Positions 38,217 to 50,227 are shown, counted from the whole stretch's first letter. The stretch is DNA of 63,763 nucleotides, filler included, from Nemertoderma westbladi (GCA_032718475.1; 5 parts of 5 records of this genome joined end to end with filler, not necessarily neighbours in it); one strand, 5' to 3'. A program made the numbers and translations. The notes: a model not told the origin generated them from the letters alone.

Positions 38217-39606
38217 TACTACTACTAGTATCGGCATGCTGCATTGCAGCTGCATTTTTAAGAATGCTGTGCCGGCTTATCGACAAAATTGCACCGCCAC
38301 AACTCCCTATCACCCATGATATTTGCTAGATCATCCGCATCTTTAAGGCCAGTGTCCTTTAAGATGCGTCTCAAGAAAGTCATGGGCTGTCCACCATGCT
38401 TATTCACTCCATGAGGCTGCCAAAGTACAAGATTATGCACTGGCTGGTCCTCACGGCGAAAGCAATGTCCTGCAAATCGGAGGCGATTGTGTTCTAGTGT
38501 CAAGCTTGGGGGAACCAATGAGACACCTCCAATGTTATATAGTGTCTGGTTGGAGATGTGTGCATTGTACTTGACACAATGAACCCGGCGTAGCATTCTT
38601 GTGAATGTGCCATCCAGAGATTTGGTGTCCTCAGCAGTTAGAGCCCAGCATGGACTCCCGTAGAGGAGTACAGGAACTACTGCTGCTCTAAATAATCGGA
38701 CCTTAAGTTTCCGATTAATTCTCGGTGACTTCCAAATCCTGGAAAGCCTATTCAAGGCTGCCCATGCCTTTCCCTTACGTATTCGAAGGTCCTCACCTGA
38801 CTTCCGGATCCATGATCCCAGGTAACAGAAGTCGTCCACATGCTCAAGCATACCATCCTTTGAGCTTATGCTCATCCGATCAGAGACTTGCTGAGGACTT
38901 TCAAAGTTAACTGTCAGAATTTTGGTCTTTCTGGAGTTAATAAAAAGACCAACACTAGAAGCAGCATGTTCTAATGAGCTGAGGAGCCGTTGGGCTCCCT
39001 CTAATGATTCTGAGAGTACTCCTAAGTCATCAGCAAAGTCTAGATCAGTTAGGTACTTGGCAGGATTTCCTCGACTTCTGGAGCCAGTAGGTGGAGTTAT
39101 CATCACCCCATCATCATTATAATGATCTAAGGACATGCGTAGAACATAGTCAACCACAATAATGAACAAGAATGGCGCAAGTGTGTCTCCTTGGAGGACG
39201 CCCCATAACACTTCAAATGGTTCTGTTACACCGTCAACAGACACAAAAGTTGTCGAACCATCGTATACTGATCTGATTGCTGCAATAATTTCATCAGGAA
39301 TCCCATATAATGAAAGTATGCTGAACATACGTGAGCGAGAGACTGAATCAAAGGCCTTGAAGAAGTCAACAAAGATAACAGCCAGATGCCTGTCTTTCTT
39401 TTTTGATAACTCTTCAATTATCCTTCTAAGTGCCAAAATGGGCTCCATGTTCCCACGACCTTTACGGAACCCATTCTGATTTCCACGGAGCAGTCTCTCA
39501 ATGGGATCCCTGATGCGATTTAATAGAATCCTATTGTATAGCTTTGCAGCAATCGAGATCAATGAGATTCCCCGAAAAGAACCATAGAGTGTTAGGTTGC
39601 CCTTCT
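38217..39606 (-). mobile_element. RTE-clade LINE, 5'-truncated copy 3, open RT ORF, 15-bp TSD
   Basis: ORF 38258-39562 with RT motifs. tgaagtcaggaagtc at 38202-38216 and 39607-39621. (CTA)n tail. Confidence 0.93.
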
Positions 39607-40119
39607 TGAAGTCAGGAAGTCAGCACATTCTAAAACCTCAGTAGCCAAATTATAAGACCAAATTACCCGTTTTAGCTATTTGAAAATTTCGAGCTACTTG
39701 TAATTTTGGTGTTCTTTTAGTGTCTATTATAAAGTAAACAAATAAGATTTTATTCTAATTTCGCGTTGGATTACTAATAATTAATTCGACTAACCAAAAA
39801 AGCATAGTATGGTTTAATGGTTATACCAAAGTCTTGAAGGGTGATGTATTTTGTGTAATTTTATAAATTCCGAAAAGTGCTGATATGGTATGGATGCCAG
39901 AAACTCCTTATATCTCGAAAACTAATGGAGCTATTAAATTTTTATTTGTCTCATCTGAAAGAGGACATAATTTTAGTTAGGGACAAGTACTTTCGACGCG
40001 CTAGACGTATTGTTGCAGGGGTTCTATTTAAGAGAAATAACTGGCCCATTAAATTTAGGGGCTTTGTAGCAGCTTGGCGGGTCGTATCTAGAGTAGGTCA
40101 CGACCATGTTTTCACTAAA

Positions 40120-40730
40120 ATCCCAGGTTAAGTAAGGTCTGAATCTAACCAAAAACAATAAACGAATTAGTATCTGTTGGTATGAATTAGTATGTATTAA
40201 ATACAAATTCTTCATATATATATATAATATTACAATAAAAGTCGACCGAAAAGTGTAAACATTGTATTTTTACTGTACTGTACAGTGTACAGATACTAAT
40301 TCGGTTAGTGTTTTGGTTAGATTCATCCATTTTGTAACCTAGGTTTTTAGTGAAAACCTGGCCAATGTGAAGTATGCCAGACTTTCTGCCGTTATATTTC
40401 ATTTTGCAGTTACCCCCATGTGCAGTATACCAGACTTTCTGCCGTTATATTTCACTTTGCAGTTACCCCCATGTGAAGTATGCCAGACTTTCTGCCGTTA
40501 TATTTCACTTTGCAGTTACCCCATGTGAAGAATACCAGGTTTTCATTAAAACCACAGGTTTCAGAAGGGCTGAATCTAACCAAAACAATAAACGAATAAG
40601 TATCTATATATGCAGGTTATAAGACAGAAATAAGCGCCATAAAACAGTTAATTGGGAGAAATTAATAAAAAAAATTCAAATTCCTCAAAGAAATTTAAAT
40701 AAAATTTACTGAAAAGTGAAAACCTGGAAT
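40120..40730. mobile_element. MITE/foldback element with a central ~56-bp tandem repeat (x3)
   Basis: Inverted arms ttttggttagattca...gaaaacctgg / ccaggttttca...tgaatctaaccaaaa flank repeats of catgtgaagtatgccagactttctgccgttatatttcactttgcagttaccc. Confidence 0.65.
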
Positions 40731-40978
40731 TCCAGGGGTGGTATGCACCAAGCGATATAATTAGTCTTAACTAGGTAACCTGTTATAATTAGAACCAGCT
40801 CAGTCTAATCATTATGCACAAGCTTTAGACTAGCCTAATTTCTTGTCGAATTAGAATATAAATATTAGACAGCTAATATGTGTCTAATATTGCTATTTTA
40901 TTCATATTGGATATATAGTTAAACAGACAGCATAGTAGTTTTAATTGTTTTTGTTATTGTAATTGGTTATTGTTTTAG

Positions 40979-41095
40979 GGTTATCTAAAGGAACTTCTCG
41001 CTCTGTTTGTGCCCCTGTTCCACAACCATCTCATGTCTTTGGGTGACATTTACGAGTTACTATTCTGTCATCGTTGGCTGCTACTTTGTTTTAAG
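40979..41095 (+). CDS. TBC1D16: TBC1 domain family member 16, coding exon
   Basis: ttttag|GYLKELLALFVPLFHNHLMSLGDIYELLFCHRWLLLCFK|gttag. Phase 0. Confidence 0.85.
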
Positions 41096-41269
41096 GTTAG
41101 AATATCCATAGATTTACTTATAAACACCTTTTATTCCTTCTTTGTATAAAACCATATATTTTATTTTTAATTGAAGCATTATTTCAATTTACTTTCATTT
41201 GAGACTTTATTTATGTAGACTTCATATCCATTAATATAAATTATTATAATTTTATTGATTTATTTTCAG

Positions 41270-41476
41270 CGCGAATTTCCCGAAGACGAAACGCTGAGAA
41301 TGTGGGAGTCATGTTGGGCTCACTACCAAACGGACTACTTCCATTTGTTTATATGCGTTGCTATAGTTTCTATATACAGTGCCGACATAGTAAGCGAACG
41401 GTTGCCTAGCGACGAGATTCTACTGCACTTTAGTAATTTAGCTATGCATATGGATGGGAACCTTGTACTAAGGAAG
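41270..41476 (+). CDS. TBC1D16: TBC1D16 next coding exon
   Basis: ttttcag|REFPEDETLRMWESCWAHYQTDYFHLFICVAIV...LLHFSNLAMHMDGNLVLRK|gtaaga. Confidence 0.88.
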
Positions 41477-41808
41477 GTAAGAGAAAAAAAAAACTCATTT
41501 GGTTTTATTATTCCAAAGAACGTGATACTAATAATAAGGTAACTCAGGGACGTCTCCACGGGGGGTGGGGGGGGGGGGGGGCTTTTCAATTTTGAAGGTT
41601 TTTATATTTTGCGGAAAAAAAGTAATAAAATATATTGTGGGGGGGGGGGGGGGATTGTCGTCAATCTGTAACACACATATTATTTGTAGTAGCCCACTTA
41701 TAATTACTCAAATATTCGATGTAAGGAGCACGACATTTAAGTGATGATTTGCATTAATGTTAATTATTATTTAATATTATAAAATTGTTAATTACTTAAG
41801 TTGACACC

Positions 41809-41839
41809 ATGACCTACTATAACAGTTATAGTAGGTCAT
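41809..41839. repeat. Perfect 14-bp-stem palindrome flanked by direct ttgacac
   Basis: atgacctactataa-cag-ttatagtaggtcat, with ttgacac at 41801 and 41841. Confidence 0.8.
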
Positions 41840-41960
41840 TTTGACACTTAAAAGAGGGACAATAATATACATAAAAATACTGAGATTAGATTTCTAAATT
41901 ATGAAGTTAATCATTACCGGTACAGCAGTAATCCAAAATCAAACCCGAAACCAAAACTAT

Positions 41961-42013
41961 CCAATCAAACCCCACATACTTCTATCGTAATGTAGTGAGG
42001 CGGGAAATTCAAA
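41961..42013 (+). promoter_or_regulatory. Candidate PEX2 promoter: CCAAT box plus E2F/CHR-like composite
   Basis: CCAATC at 41961 and GGCGGGAAATTCAAA at 41999-42013 (reverse complement TTTGAATTTCCCGCC), ~170 nt upstream of the ATG. Confidence 0.4.
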
Positions 42014-42185
42014 TTTACAGCCTATCTAATCTTATTGTGCATTTAATTACAAAATGTTGTAACAACTGGCAGACTGTGGCATATAGGCCTACTACTTCGG
42101 CTTCATTCCTGCATTCATTGCTACATTCTCCCTTACTCAGCTTTACGATTATTACCGGTACATTATAATTTTTAATTTCTTATAT

Positions 42186-43046
42186 ATGGACGATCCCCCA
42201 ATCCATCTTTCCTCTCGTGACTCCCAACTGGATTCGCATTCAAGCGATCTCTCTATACTCGGTATACTCTCCTCCGATATAAAATCCGTGATATACGGCC
42301 TAAAGGAACTCCATTGGCTGGACAGCGTTCTCCCGGAACTAACCGCGCTCACCAGTCTAGCAATCTGGTACATATCCGTGGTCCCCACGCGGCAGACGGA
42401 GGGACAACGACTGTCCCACACGCGGTACAACACCACCGGCAGTATCTCCGCGCTAGGCGCACTCGGAGTAGCTTCCGAGTGGCTCAAACATCGTTCCCCA
42501 GACATCCAACGCGTGGGTTCCCGCACCCTCACCCCCCAATTCCCTAAACTCTTCACCGCTGTTACTAACTTAGTAAAACTCGCTTCTTTAGTGAATTTCG
42601 TTGGTTTCCTGGCGACGGGAGTCTACCCTACTTTATCAGAGCGACTATCAGCTGTCCGAAGCAGCCGAACGGATTCTCCTAAACTCGTGGCCCCTTCGCT
42701 AAACACCCACATTCGCGGGTTATTGTGGAAGGATTTATCCCAATTCATTCTGTTGCTGCTTCCTTACTCTAAGCGACTCATAGCCACTGTGAGACAAATT
42801 GCCTTCCAGTTCTACAGATTGATTGTGTTAAGGGATAGGCGAAACTATAACACCGCTCTGGTAACCCATTACTGCGCTGTGTGTAAGAACTACCCGGTTC
42901 AACCTCACACCTCCGGTTGCGCCCATGTGTTCTGTTACTATTGCCTGTGTTCACTGTTAGCGGACTGCTGTGGGTGGGCTAGCTGTCCCATCTGTTTCGC
43001 GTTATTACATTGGCCTCGTCCAGTTCAGATACCTCCCTCCCCTTGA
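42186..43046 (+). CDS. PEX2: Peroxisome biogenesis factor 2 (RING peroxin), intronless
   Basis: SQLD, PEL, T.GQ....Y and LVNFVGFLATGVYPTLSERL motifs, plus C3HC4 RING CAVC...GCAHVFCYYC...CPIC. Confidence 0.88.
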   Translation: MDDPPIHLSSRDSQLDSHSSDLSILGILSSDIKSVIYGLKELHWLDSVLPELTALTSLAIWYISVVPTRQTEGQRLSHTRYNTTGSISALGALGVASEWLKHRSPDIQRVGSRTLTPQFPKLFTAVTNLVKLASLVNFVGFLATGVYPTLSERLSAVRSSRTDSPKLVAPSLNTHIRGLLWKDLSQFILLLLPYSKRLIATVRQIAFQFYRLIVLRDRRNYNTALVTHYCAVCKNYPVQPHTSGCAHVFCYYCLCSLLADCCGWASCPICFALLHWPRPVQIPPSP

Positions 43047-43209
43047 TTGATATGTTGGCGATGTTGGCTAACGTAATAGTATGGGCCGAAAGTTTAATCT
43101 TATTGTGTTTGTGGATTCCGTAAATAATTCTTATTTATAAACTTTAAACTTATCTAATAATAATTGTCGACTTTTTCATTTTGGTTTTAAATTTCTTTAA
43201 GCGAAAATA

Positions 43210-45237
43210 ATGTATTTGCGAATAATCAGCCGTAATCGACCTACTTCTATGTCATCTAAACGATATATTAAATATCCCAAGATTATTACGCGTACCGTTT
43301 TCCTACATTCAACCGATTCGTGTTGGACGAGATTCTCGTTTATACGACCGATTAGCGGAAAATTCACTCGACCGTTTTTGCGGTTTATTCATGGGAAACC
43401 GTCTGACATCTCATCAGCCACTCATATGGGTTTCGGTACGAAATTACCTCGCAGAATAATTAAATTATTTATTCTTGGAGGCCTCGTAGTTATTGCATTT
43501 CTCGTAGTTAAACTCGTGAATGATTTCGAAGAAAGTAAAAAATTATTCTCTCGCAGTGATGATTACTTTATTCAGCTGTTCGAACCCGCCAACCGGCGAC
43601 GCCTCCTAGTGGAGGCCGGAGCAATTGTGCGGTTTCTGCGCAGCGCCGCTGTTGCCATGCTAATAGCCGCGGACTATCTGCTAGCCGATTGGCGCTCTCC
43701 CGAATCCGACTACGAAGAAGCGTTGTCTCGTTGCCACGTGCGAACCGGGAACCGCTTAGTACGACTCGCTCTTAGCAACGGGGGTCACTACATCAAGGTG
43801 GGGCAAACAATCAGCTCAAACAGCGGGCTCCCGAAAGAACTTATAAGCGTGATGGCGGTTCTTCAGGATAAAGTTCCTTCGCGTTCCTTAAACGAGGTGG
43901 AACAAGTGTTTACCGAAGAGTTTGGTTCCTCTCCTGGGGAGGTTTTTATCGCGTTCGATAAGGAACCCATAGCGGCCGCCTCGTTGGCTCAGGTTCATAA
44001 AGCGATTACTCAGAGTGGCGAGCGAGTAGCGGTGAAAGTCCAGTACGCGAATCTACGCGATCAGTTCGCGTCGGATTTGTGGACCATAGAGTTTCTCCTG
44101 CGAGCGGTGGGTTGGTTCCAACCGCGTTGCGACTACAGTTGGGTAATCCGCCAACTCAGGCCGGAGCTGCGGGCCGAGTTGGACTTTGTGAACGAGGGTC
44201 GGAACTCGGAGATGTGTTCCGCAGGCGTTCGGGATCTGGGATACGTTCACGTCCCGCGGGTCCACTGGGACTTGTCGTCGAGTCGCGTCCTCGTTATGGA
44301 GTTCTGCGACGGTATCAAAGTGAACGACGTCGACGGGTTGGGCCATCATGGTTACGATCTCGCGGATATCAGCGATAAGTTGATCCGGTTGTTCGCGCAG
44401 CAGATGTTCCACACGGGGTTCGTTCACGCCGACCCCCACCCCGGTAACATTCTCGTTCGCAGATCGCGCTCACGATCCGTCCAACTCGTTCTCCTCGACC
44501 ACGGATTGTATCAACGGCTCTCGGAGTCCACCAGGGTGAACCTCCGTCTCTTCTGGAAGGCCACAGTACTCCGTGACCTTCCAGCGATGCGCCGCCATGC
44601 GGCGCTTCTAGGTATAGACAACTACAAACTGCTGGCTGAAGCGTTAATGCAACGGCTTATATTCACTGAGATTCCTTCTGATCTTAAAAAACTGTTTAAT
44701 AAAAGCAACGGCAAACATCTCAGAAAGGCAAAATTATCACTGGAACAAAGTAAAATAATCGAAAACATTAAAAATAATTACAAAGTAGAGTTAGACAAGT
44801 TAATAGTGACTATGCCTAGGGATATGTTCCTGTTGTTTAGGAATATGTTTCTCGTGTCTATGCTGAACTACTCGTTAGGTCGTAAAGTAGACCGCTACAC
44901 AGTAATGGCGAGAGCCGCAATGAGAGGTCCCCGAGGACAGACGTTGGCGTACGACTCATTCATACAGCGGATACGGTTCGAGTACCGGCTAATGTGCGCC
45001 GCCGCCTCCTATAGGTTGGCTCTATTCGTTGCCGGGGTGATGCGCTTCCTTGGTTACTTACCGCCCGAGCAGGTTGCCCCTAGCGACGTTCTCGATGGGC
45101 GGACCGAGAAACATGGCCAAACATCGTTGGGGTTGGTCACCGACGTGAAGGCCGATCGGTCGTATTACGACCGGGCGGTGCAGAAACTCGTTGCCAAGAT
45201 GCGAACTAGGAGCGATGGGAAACCGGTGACTAGTTGA
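43210..45237 (+). CDS. ADCK5: AarF/ABC1 atypical kinase, ADCK5-like, intronless
   Basis: NGGHYIKVGQ, AAASLAQVHKA, VAVKVQY, ELDFVNEGRN, VHADPHPGNIL, LLDHGLY, and the ADCK5-like AMRRHAALLGI..Y.LLAEALMQR. Arg-rich N-terminal presequence. Confidence 0.88.
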   Translation: MYLRIISRNRPTSMSSKRYIKYPKIITRTVFLHSTDSCWTRFSFIRPISGKFTRPFLRFIHGKPSDISSATHMGFGTKLPRRIIKLFILGGLVVIAFLVVKLVNDFEESKKLFSRSDDYFIQLFEPANRRRLLVEAGAIVRFLRSAAVAMLIAADYLLADWRSPESDYEEALSRCHVRTGNRLVRLALSNGGHYIKVGQTISSNSGLPKELISVMAVLQDKVPSRSLNEVEQVFTEEFGSSPGEVFIAFDKEPIAAASLAQVHKAITQSGERVAVKVQYANLRDQFASDLWTIEFLLRAVGWFQPRCDYSWVIRQLRPELRAELDFVNEGRNSEMCSAGVRDLGYVHVPRVHWDLSSSRVLVMEFCDGIKVNDVDGLGHHGYDLADISDKLIRLFAQQMFHTGFVHADPHPGNILVRRSRSRSVQLVLLDHGLYQRLSESTRVNLRLFWKATVLRDLPAMRRHAALLGIDNYKLLAEALMQRLIFTEIPSDLKKLFNKSNGKHLRKAKLSLEQSKIIENIKNNYKVELDKLIVTMPRDMFLLFRNMFLVSMLNYSLGRKVDRYTVMARAAMRGPRGQTLAYDSFIQRIRFEYRLMCAAASYRLALFVAGVMRFLGYLPPEQVAPSDVLDGRTEKHGQTSLGLVTDVKADRSYYDRAVQKLVAKMRTRSDGKPVTS

Positions 45238-46124
45238 GTTGTGGTACTGATAATTAGTTGTGGATCCACCAGACAGATGTGTTACCACTAGTTAGATGAG
45301 ATGGGTTGGGGGGGGGGGGGGGGGGGGGACACAATAAAAATGCATCACTCTCCAGGGTTTGACGCAAATAACAGCTGATTATTCTAAACAATAAAACTAT
45401 AACCTATAACTTTTATTGACTTTAGTTTATTGTTTTGGTTAAAATAAAGTGCCACTCTATCCTCCTTTCCCTAAATTGATGATTTAACATTGAGGCGGGA
45501 TATTAATTCGCCAAGATGGTATTTGCGTCCAGTTTCCCCCCTGTCTCAATTAGATAAGACTGTCCCCAATTAGATATAGTACCTCTAGTCATGTGTGGTA
45601 ATGGTACCACTATATACTCAGAGGTACCAACAGACAGTGTTACGACTTTTAATTTGCGACGCTTCTGTGATTCTCTGTCTGTGGTTCACTCACTAGTTGG
45701 TTGTGGTATCGCTCACTCACTTATCGTTGAGGCGCTCTTACTCTGCTGTGCTTTAATATTACAGTCAGCTATGGTGCCAGTATTGCCAGACGGTTACAAC
45801 TACATAGTTAGATGCCTCACTATCGCTATAGTCAGATGTGGCACCTCTGGTAGTTTGATGTTGTACCACTGTTAGTCGCAAGTCAGGTCTCGTACCATTA
45901 GTTAATAATCAAAGATCATTAACAAGGATCTAACTTTTTAACAGATCTAACGTTGTTTGTTTTTTTTGTATATCATCTGATAGATGAAAACATCTATCCA
46001 ATCCAAGCGGAGAATATAACCAAATAACAGCTGATTACTTTCAAATGGATAATTGTTTATTACAATAATTCAAAGCCTCATAGAGATGACTTTAAACGAT
46101 AACTGAGTATAATGAATGAGATTG

Positions 46125-46240
46125 GGCAAATTCAAATGATTTATTCTGGCAAATTCAAATGATTTATTCTGGCAAATTCAAATGATTTATTCTGGCAAAT
46201 TCAAACGATTTATTCTGTAAAATTCAAATGATTTATTCAG
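46125..46240. repeat. 23-bp tandem repeat x5
   Basis: Unit ggcaaattcaaatgatttattct. Confidence 0.9.
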
Positions 46241-47054
46241 CTAATTAAACAGTTACTGGCGGCAATCTTGGTATGTTGGGAATAAATTAACTTTTCTCAG
46301 TTTGCCCGAGGTCTTTTGTTACCATGTGGCATTCAACTCGTGGCAATAGACCAGTGTGGCACCAGATAATGTGTATGTACACAGGTACTGTGGCCACTTC
46401 TAATGGATTTGCCTGACATTGTTGATATATCCCTATCATAGTTATTTTGTAAATTGTAATACCATTAATATGTTCATGAATTTTTCTCTGTACAGGATAG
46501 TGTAGTACGTCTCATTATTGTGTTATAACTAGCTAATTGGTGTTGCTTCGGAATTGAAATCCTATTTATTACTTTTATTTATTGTGGTACCAAGTTTATT
46601 TTGTATAATTATATTATATATTTAGTACAATAATAATAATAATACTTCCCCATCAGGCCGGGGGCGCTAAAGGAATCTGTAAATATATTTTATTCAGTCC
46701 ACAAAGAGAGACGTTGAAATATGGCAGTCAAGTACCGACCTATTAAATAATTATCATTTTTCACTAAAATGTATTAAATACCAGCTTGAAATCCAATATA
46801 ACAAGTTACAGTTTTATTTTAATGATAAAAATAAATTTAATTGAAATAACATATTTTAGTGGAGGAATATAATTTGTCTTTTAGCGACCAAAATTTAGTG
46901 AACAAATCACCTAATTGAATGGAAAAACAATTGATTTATTGTGTCGCAATTCGCTAATTATTACATAAAAATGTACACCTAACCCTGGCCAGGCCATCCC
47001 TACCCGCCCCTGGACGTTGGTGAATTCCAATACTGTAAACCAAAAAAACTGGTG

Positions 47055-47538
47055 TGGGGCGATGTCAGCTAACTCGTTCCATGTCTGGGACAGTGGTGAA
47101 AGTGAAAGTCCTATTGGTTGGGGAGGGGCGATGTCAGCTAACACGTTCCATGTCTGGGACAGTGGTGAAAGTGAAAGTCCCATTGGTTGGGGTGGGGCGT
47201 GTCAGTTAACACGTTCCATGTCTGGGACAGTGGTGAAAGTGAAAGTCCTATTGGTTGGGGTGGGGCGTGTCAGTTAACACGTTCCATGTCTGGGACAGTG
47301 GTGAAAGTGAAAGTCCCATTGGTTGGGGTGGGGCGTGTCAGTTAACACGTTCCATGTCTGGGACAGTGGTGAAAGTGAAAGTCCCATTGGTTGGGGTGGG
47401 GCGTGTCAGTTAACACGTTCCATGTCTGGGACAGTGGTGAAAGTGAAAGTCCTATTGGTTGGGGTGGGGCGTGTCAGTTAACACGTTCCATGTCTGGGAC
47501 AGTGGTGAAAGTGAAAGTCCTATTGGTTTGGGAAGGGG
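47055..47538. repeat. 68-bp minisatellite (~7 copies, cut by contig end)
   Basis: Unit gtcagttaacacgttccatgtctgggacagtggtgaaagtgaaagtcctattggttggggtggggcgt. Confidence 0.93.
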
Positions 47539-47638
47539 NNNNNNNNNNNNNNNNNNNNNNNNNNNNNNNNNNNNNNNNNNNNTTAATTAATTAANNNNNN
47601 NNNNNNNNNNNNNNNNNNNNNNNNNNNNNNNNNNNNNN
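47539..47638. other. Artificial contig linker
   Basis: N44-TTAATTAATTAA-N44. Confidence 0.98.
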
Positions 47639-48609
47639 CAGACAGTCGGAGAGACAGACAGCAGACCAACAGACAGACCGACAGACTTAAATAGATTTCG
47701 TTAAATGTGAAATGAGATTGAGCCTGAAATCAGCGATTAGGAATACCACAATAAAATAATTTTAGCTTGGTGGTATGCTGTCGTCGTATTGTGACAGTCA
47801 GATCGTTGATCGGAAAGACAGACTAACACTTAGCTATTAGGTGGAATGCTTTTGTTATACATATTTTGACAGACATACCGCCAGAAACACAATTCCAGAC
47901 AGACAGTTGTTAAGGACAATTACACAGAGTAAGTAGGGTAACATTATCATTCATAACTTTTGATAAAATTTATGATATACTTGTGCTATCAACAAACGGT
48001 TTGACTTTTTGAAATCCTTATAAAAATCGACTCCAGAGGATATTGAAAATGAAAAATTGTCTTTTCAGGAATCAGTGTATACACAAAATATATACATATA
48101 TATATATATACAGGTATTCAATATGTATATTTTATTATTCACATGCAAATATCCATATTTATTTACTTTTCATCTAACTACATTACAATGTCGAATTGAT
48201 GGTGAGGCGACTGTGGTGGACTTAGCGTGCCTTCGCTAACAACGGCGTACATCGGCATTATCTGCACAGGATTTTATATACAGGCACACGCCGTTAGGTG
48301 GCGCATCAAGAGAAGATAATCCAGGCGTTGATAATGTGTTAAATCAGTTCCTTTAAAGTACAGTACGTAGCTAACTATGTCTGTTGCAAATCCAATCTTT
48401 TTGAATTAATATCTCACATCAATGTTAAATTCTCAATTTAACAAAAGGAGCAGGTTAGTTATCTAAGGGTTAGTTATCTAAGGTAGGTCAGTTATTCTAA
48501 CCAAAACAATAAACAAAACTCAATAACAGTTTTATTTTTGGGTGTAATCAGCTTTTATTTGCGTCTAATTTCCTCTAGAGAGGGATTAATTTTTATTGAG
48601 TCGAATTAT

Positions 48610-49979
48610 ACCCCATCTTGCATAATTACCGTTAAAACCGTTATGAACGACTCCAAGTGCCATCGAGTTATTAACAATAATTGCCAAGATTCCACAGAAG
48701 GCATCTTCGCCAGCATTATAGGAAGTTTTCTACAACTCGTGTTTGTCAGGTAAGATGCCTTATTTCTGTTTAGAACAAAGATGGCGTTGTGTATTGTTAA
48801 AAGGCTGAGACAGCTGAACGCTTTGCTTCGATCTCAGCTCAATGTATATCAAGTTGTTTAGATACTACTGTACGAACATTATGGATGCATTTTCATGTTC
48901 TTCCTTGATGTACATCTTTTCCTTTGAAAATGCTGCCATAAAGTGTTTGAGTTTGTATTGATGATGATGTGTTAAACTCACTCAGTCATGAATAAATGCA
49001 CACTATGGACTCACAAGAACATACAGTAGGCTATACACTAATAGCGTTGTAGTGCGTCTGTGCTATTTTTTTGGGTTTACAATAATGGTGTACAGTGTGT
49101 GTAATTTAAGATGTAATATTATGGTTTTTGTTCAGAAATGGAAAAAAATTACAGTTGCAAATTACAAATTATAGTGGTTGTAGTTACAGTTTCATTAACA
49201 GCTCAACTCCAATTCATTTATGTGTAATTTATATCTCTGATCTTATATTGGTGTTGCTTTTTTATAATATAGACGAACCTATCACGAACAATAATGATAT
49301 ATTCTCTGCTATTTGGCATGATGGGGAGCATGGTAGAAACGATGAAGACATTGCATCCACATTTTTCTATTTTCTAGAATCAGTCAGGGATAAAGAGCTT
49401 GTGAAGATATGGGTTGATAATTGCGGCGCTCAGAACAAAAACTACACACACTACTCGTGTCTTATAAAACTTGTTCAGTTTATGGGACAAAAAGCTATCG
49501 AGTTGTGGTACTTTGAACCACACCATTCCTCTATGTCAGCAGACAACTTACACCGGCTAGTTAATAAGGAAATAAAGACAGCTAAGAAAGTATATATATG
49601 ACTTTCAAGATTTCGGAACTTGTGTAAAGAAAGCTGCGAGCTTCAATTCTGAAGTAAAGATAATTGAGCATGGTGACGTTCATCTTTGGACCAATGAGAT
49701 CTCCGTCCATAAACTTAAAAAACATCGAGACAATGGTACCTTTCCATTACTGAAGTCTGTCGTAGCCGTAAGGTTTGAGAAGGGATACAAGATGATAAAA
49801 TCTCGATTTTCTGCGCCATCTAGTGTCCAAAGTACTTATCGTAAGATGCCATAAAATTTGTGCGCATTTTTTACTACATAGGGGACCATTACGGAGTTAT
49901 ATTAACATTGTTCCTAGCGTGGACAATCGATCAAACTAAATCGCTATTTTCTCAAAATGACATTTTTCGAGATAGGGTA
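48610..49979 (+). mobile_element. Deleted Sola1-like DNA transposon with transposase fragment (~49270-49800)
   Basis: WHDGEHGRNDEDIAS...IWVDNCGAQNKN...YFEPHHSSMSADNLH resembles the Sola DDD core. Weak terminal inverted similarity accccatcttgcataat / atttttcgagatagggt. Confidence 0.6.
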
Positions 49980-50227
49980 TTTAGCCTTAGCACGGCAGAG
50001 TAGTCCTTGTATACACTATAGGCTAGCACTAGCACATGTTACAGTACTTAGGGTAAACCGGGGTTGTATGGCCATGTGGGTTGTATGGCCACCCTTGACA
50101 TAAAGTGCTATAACTCTTTATTTTAGTGTCTGTCATTTTTTATTACTTCTAAATGAAGCTGAATAATTCTCCAATAAAATGACATATAAACCATATCTTC
50201 AACTGATTCCATTATTTTACAGTGAAC

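Noticed and set aside
44053-44439. Antisense and alternate-frame ORFs over ADCK5 (similarly over AIF, ALPK1 and the RTE copies)
   Set aside because: Shadow ORFs of GC-rich coding sequence, with no recognisable motifs.
43210-45237. Bacterial contamination or bacterial operon (UbiB-like gene in a tight intronless cluster)
   Set aside because: The neighbours are eukaryote-specific (PEX2, spliced TBC1D16) and the kinase has ADCK5-type motifs and a presequence.
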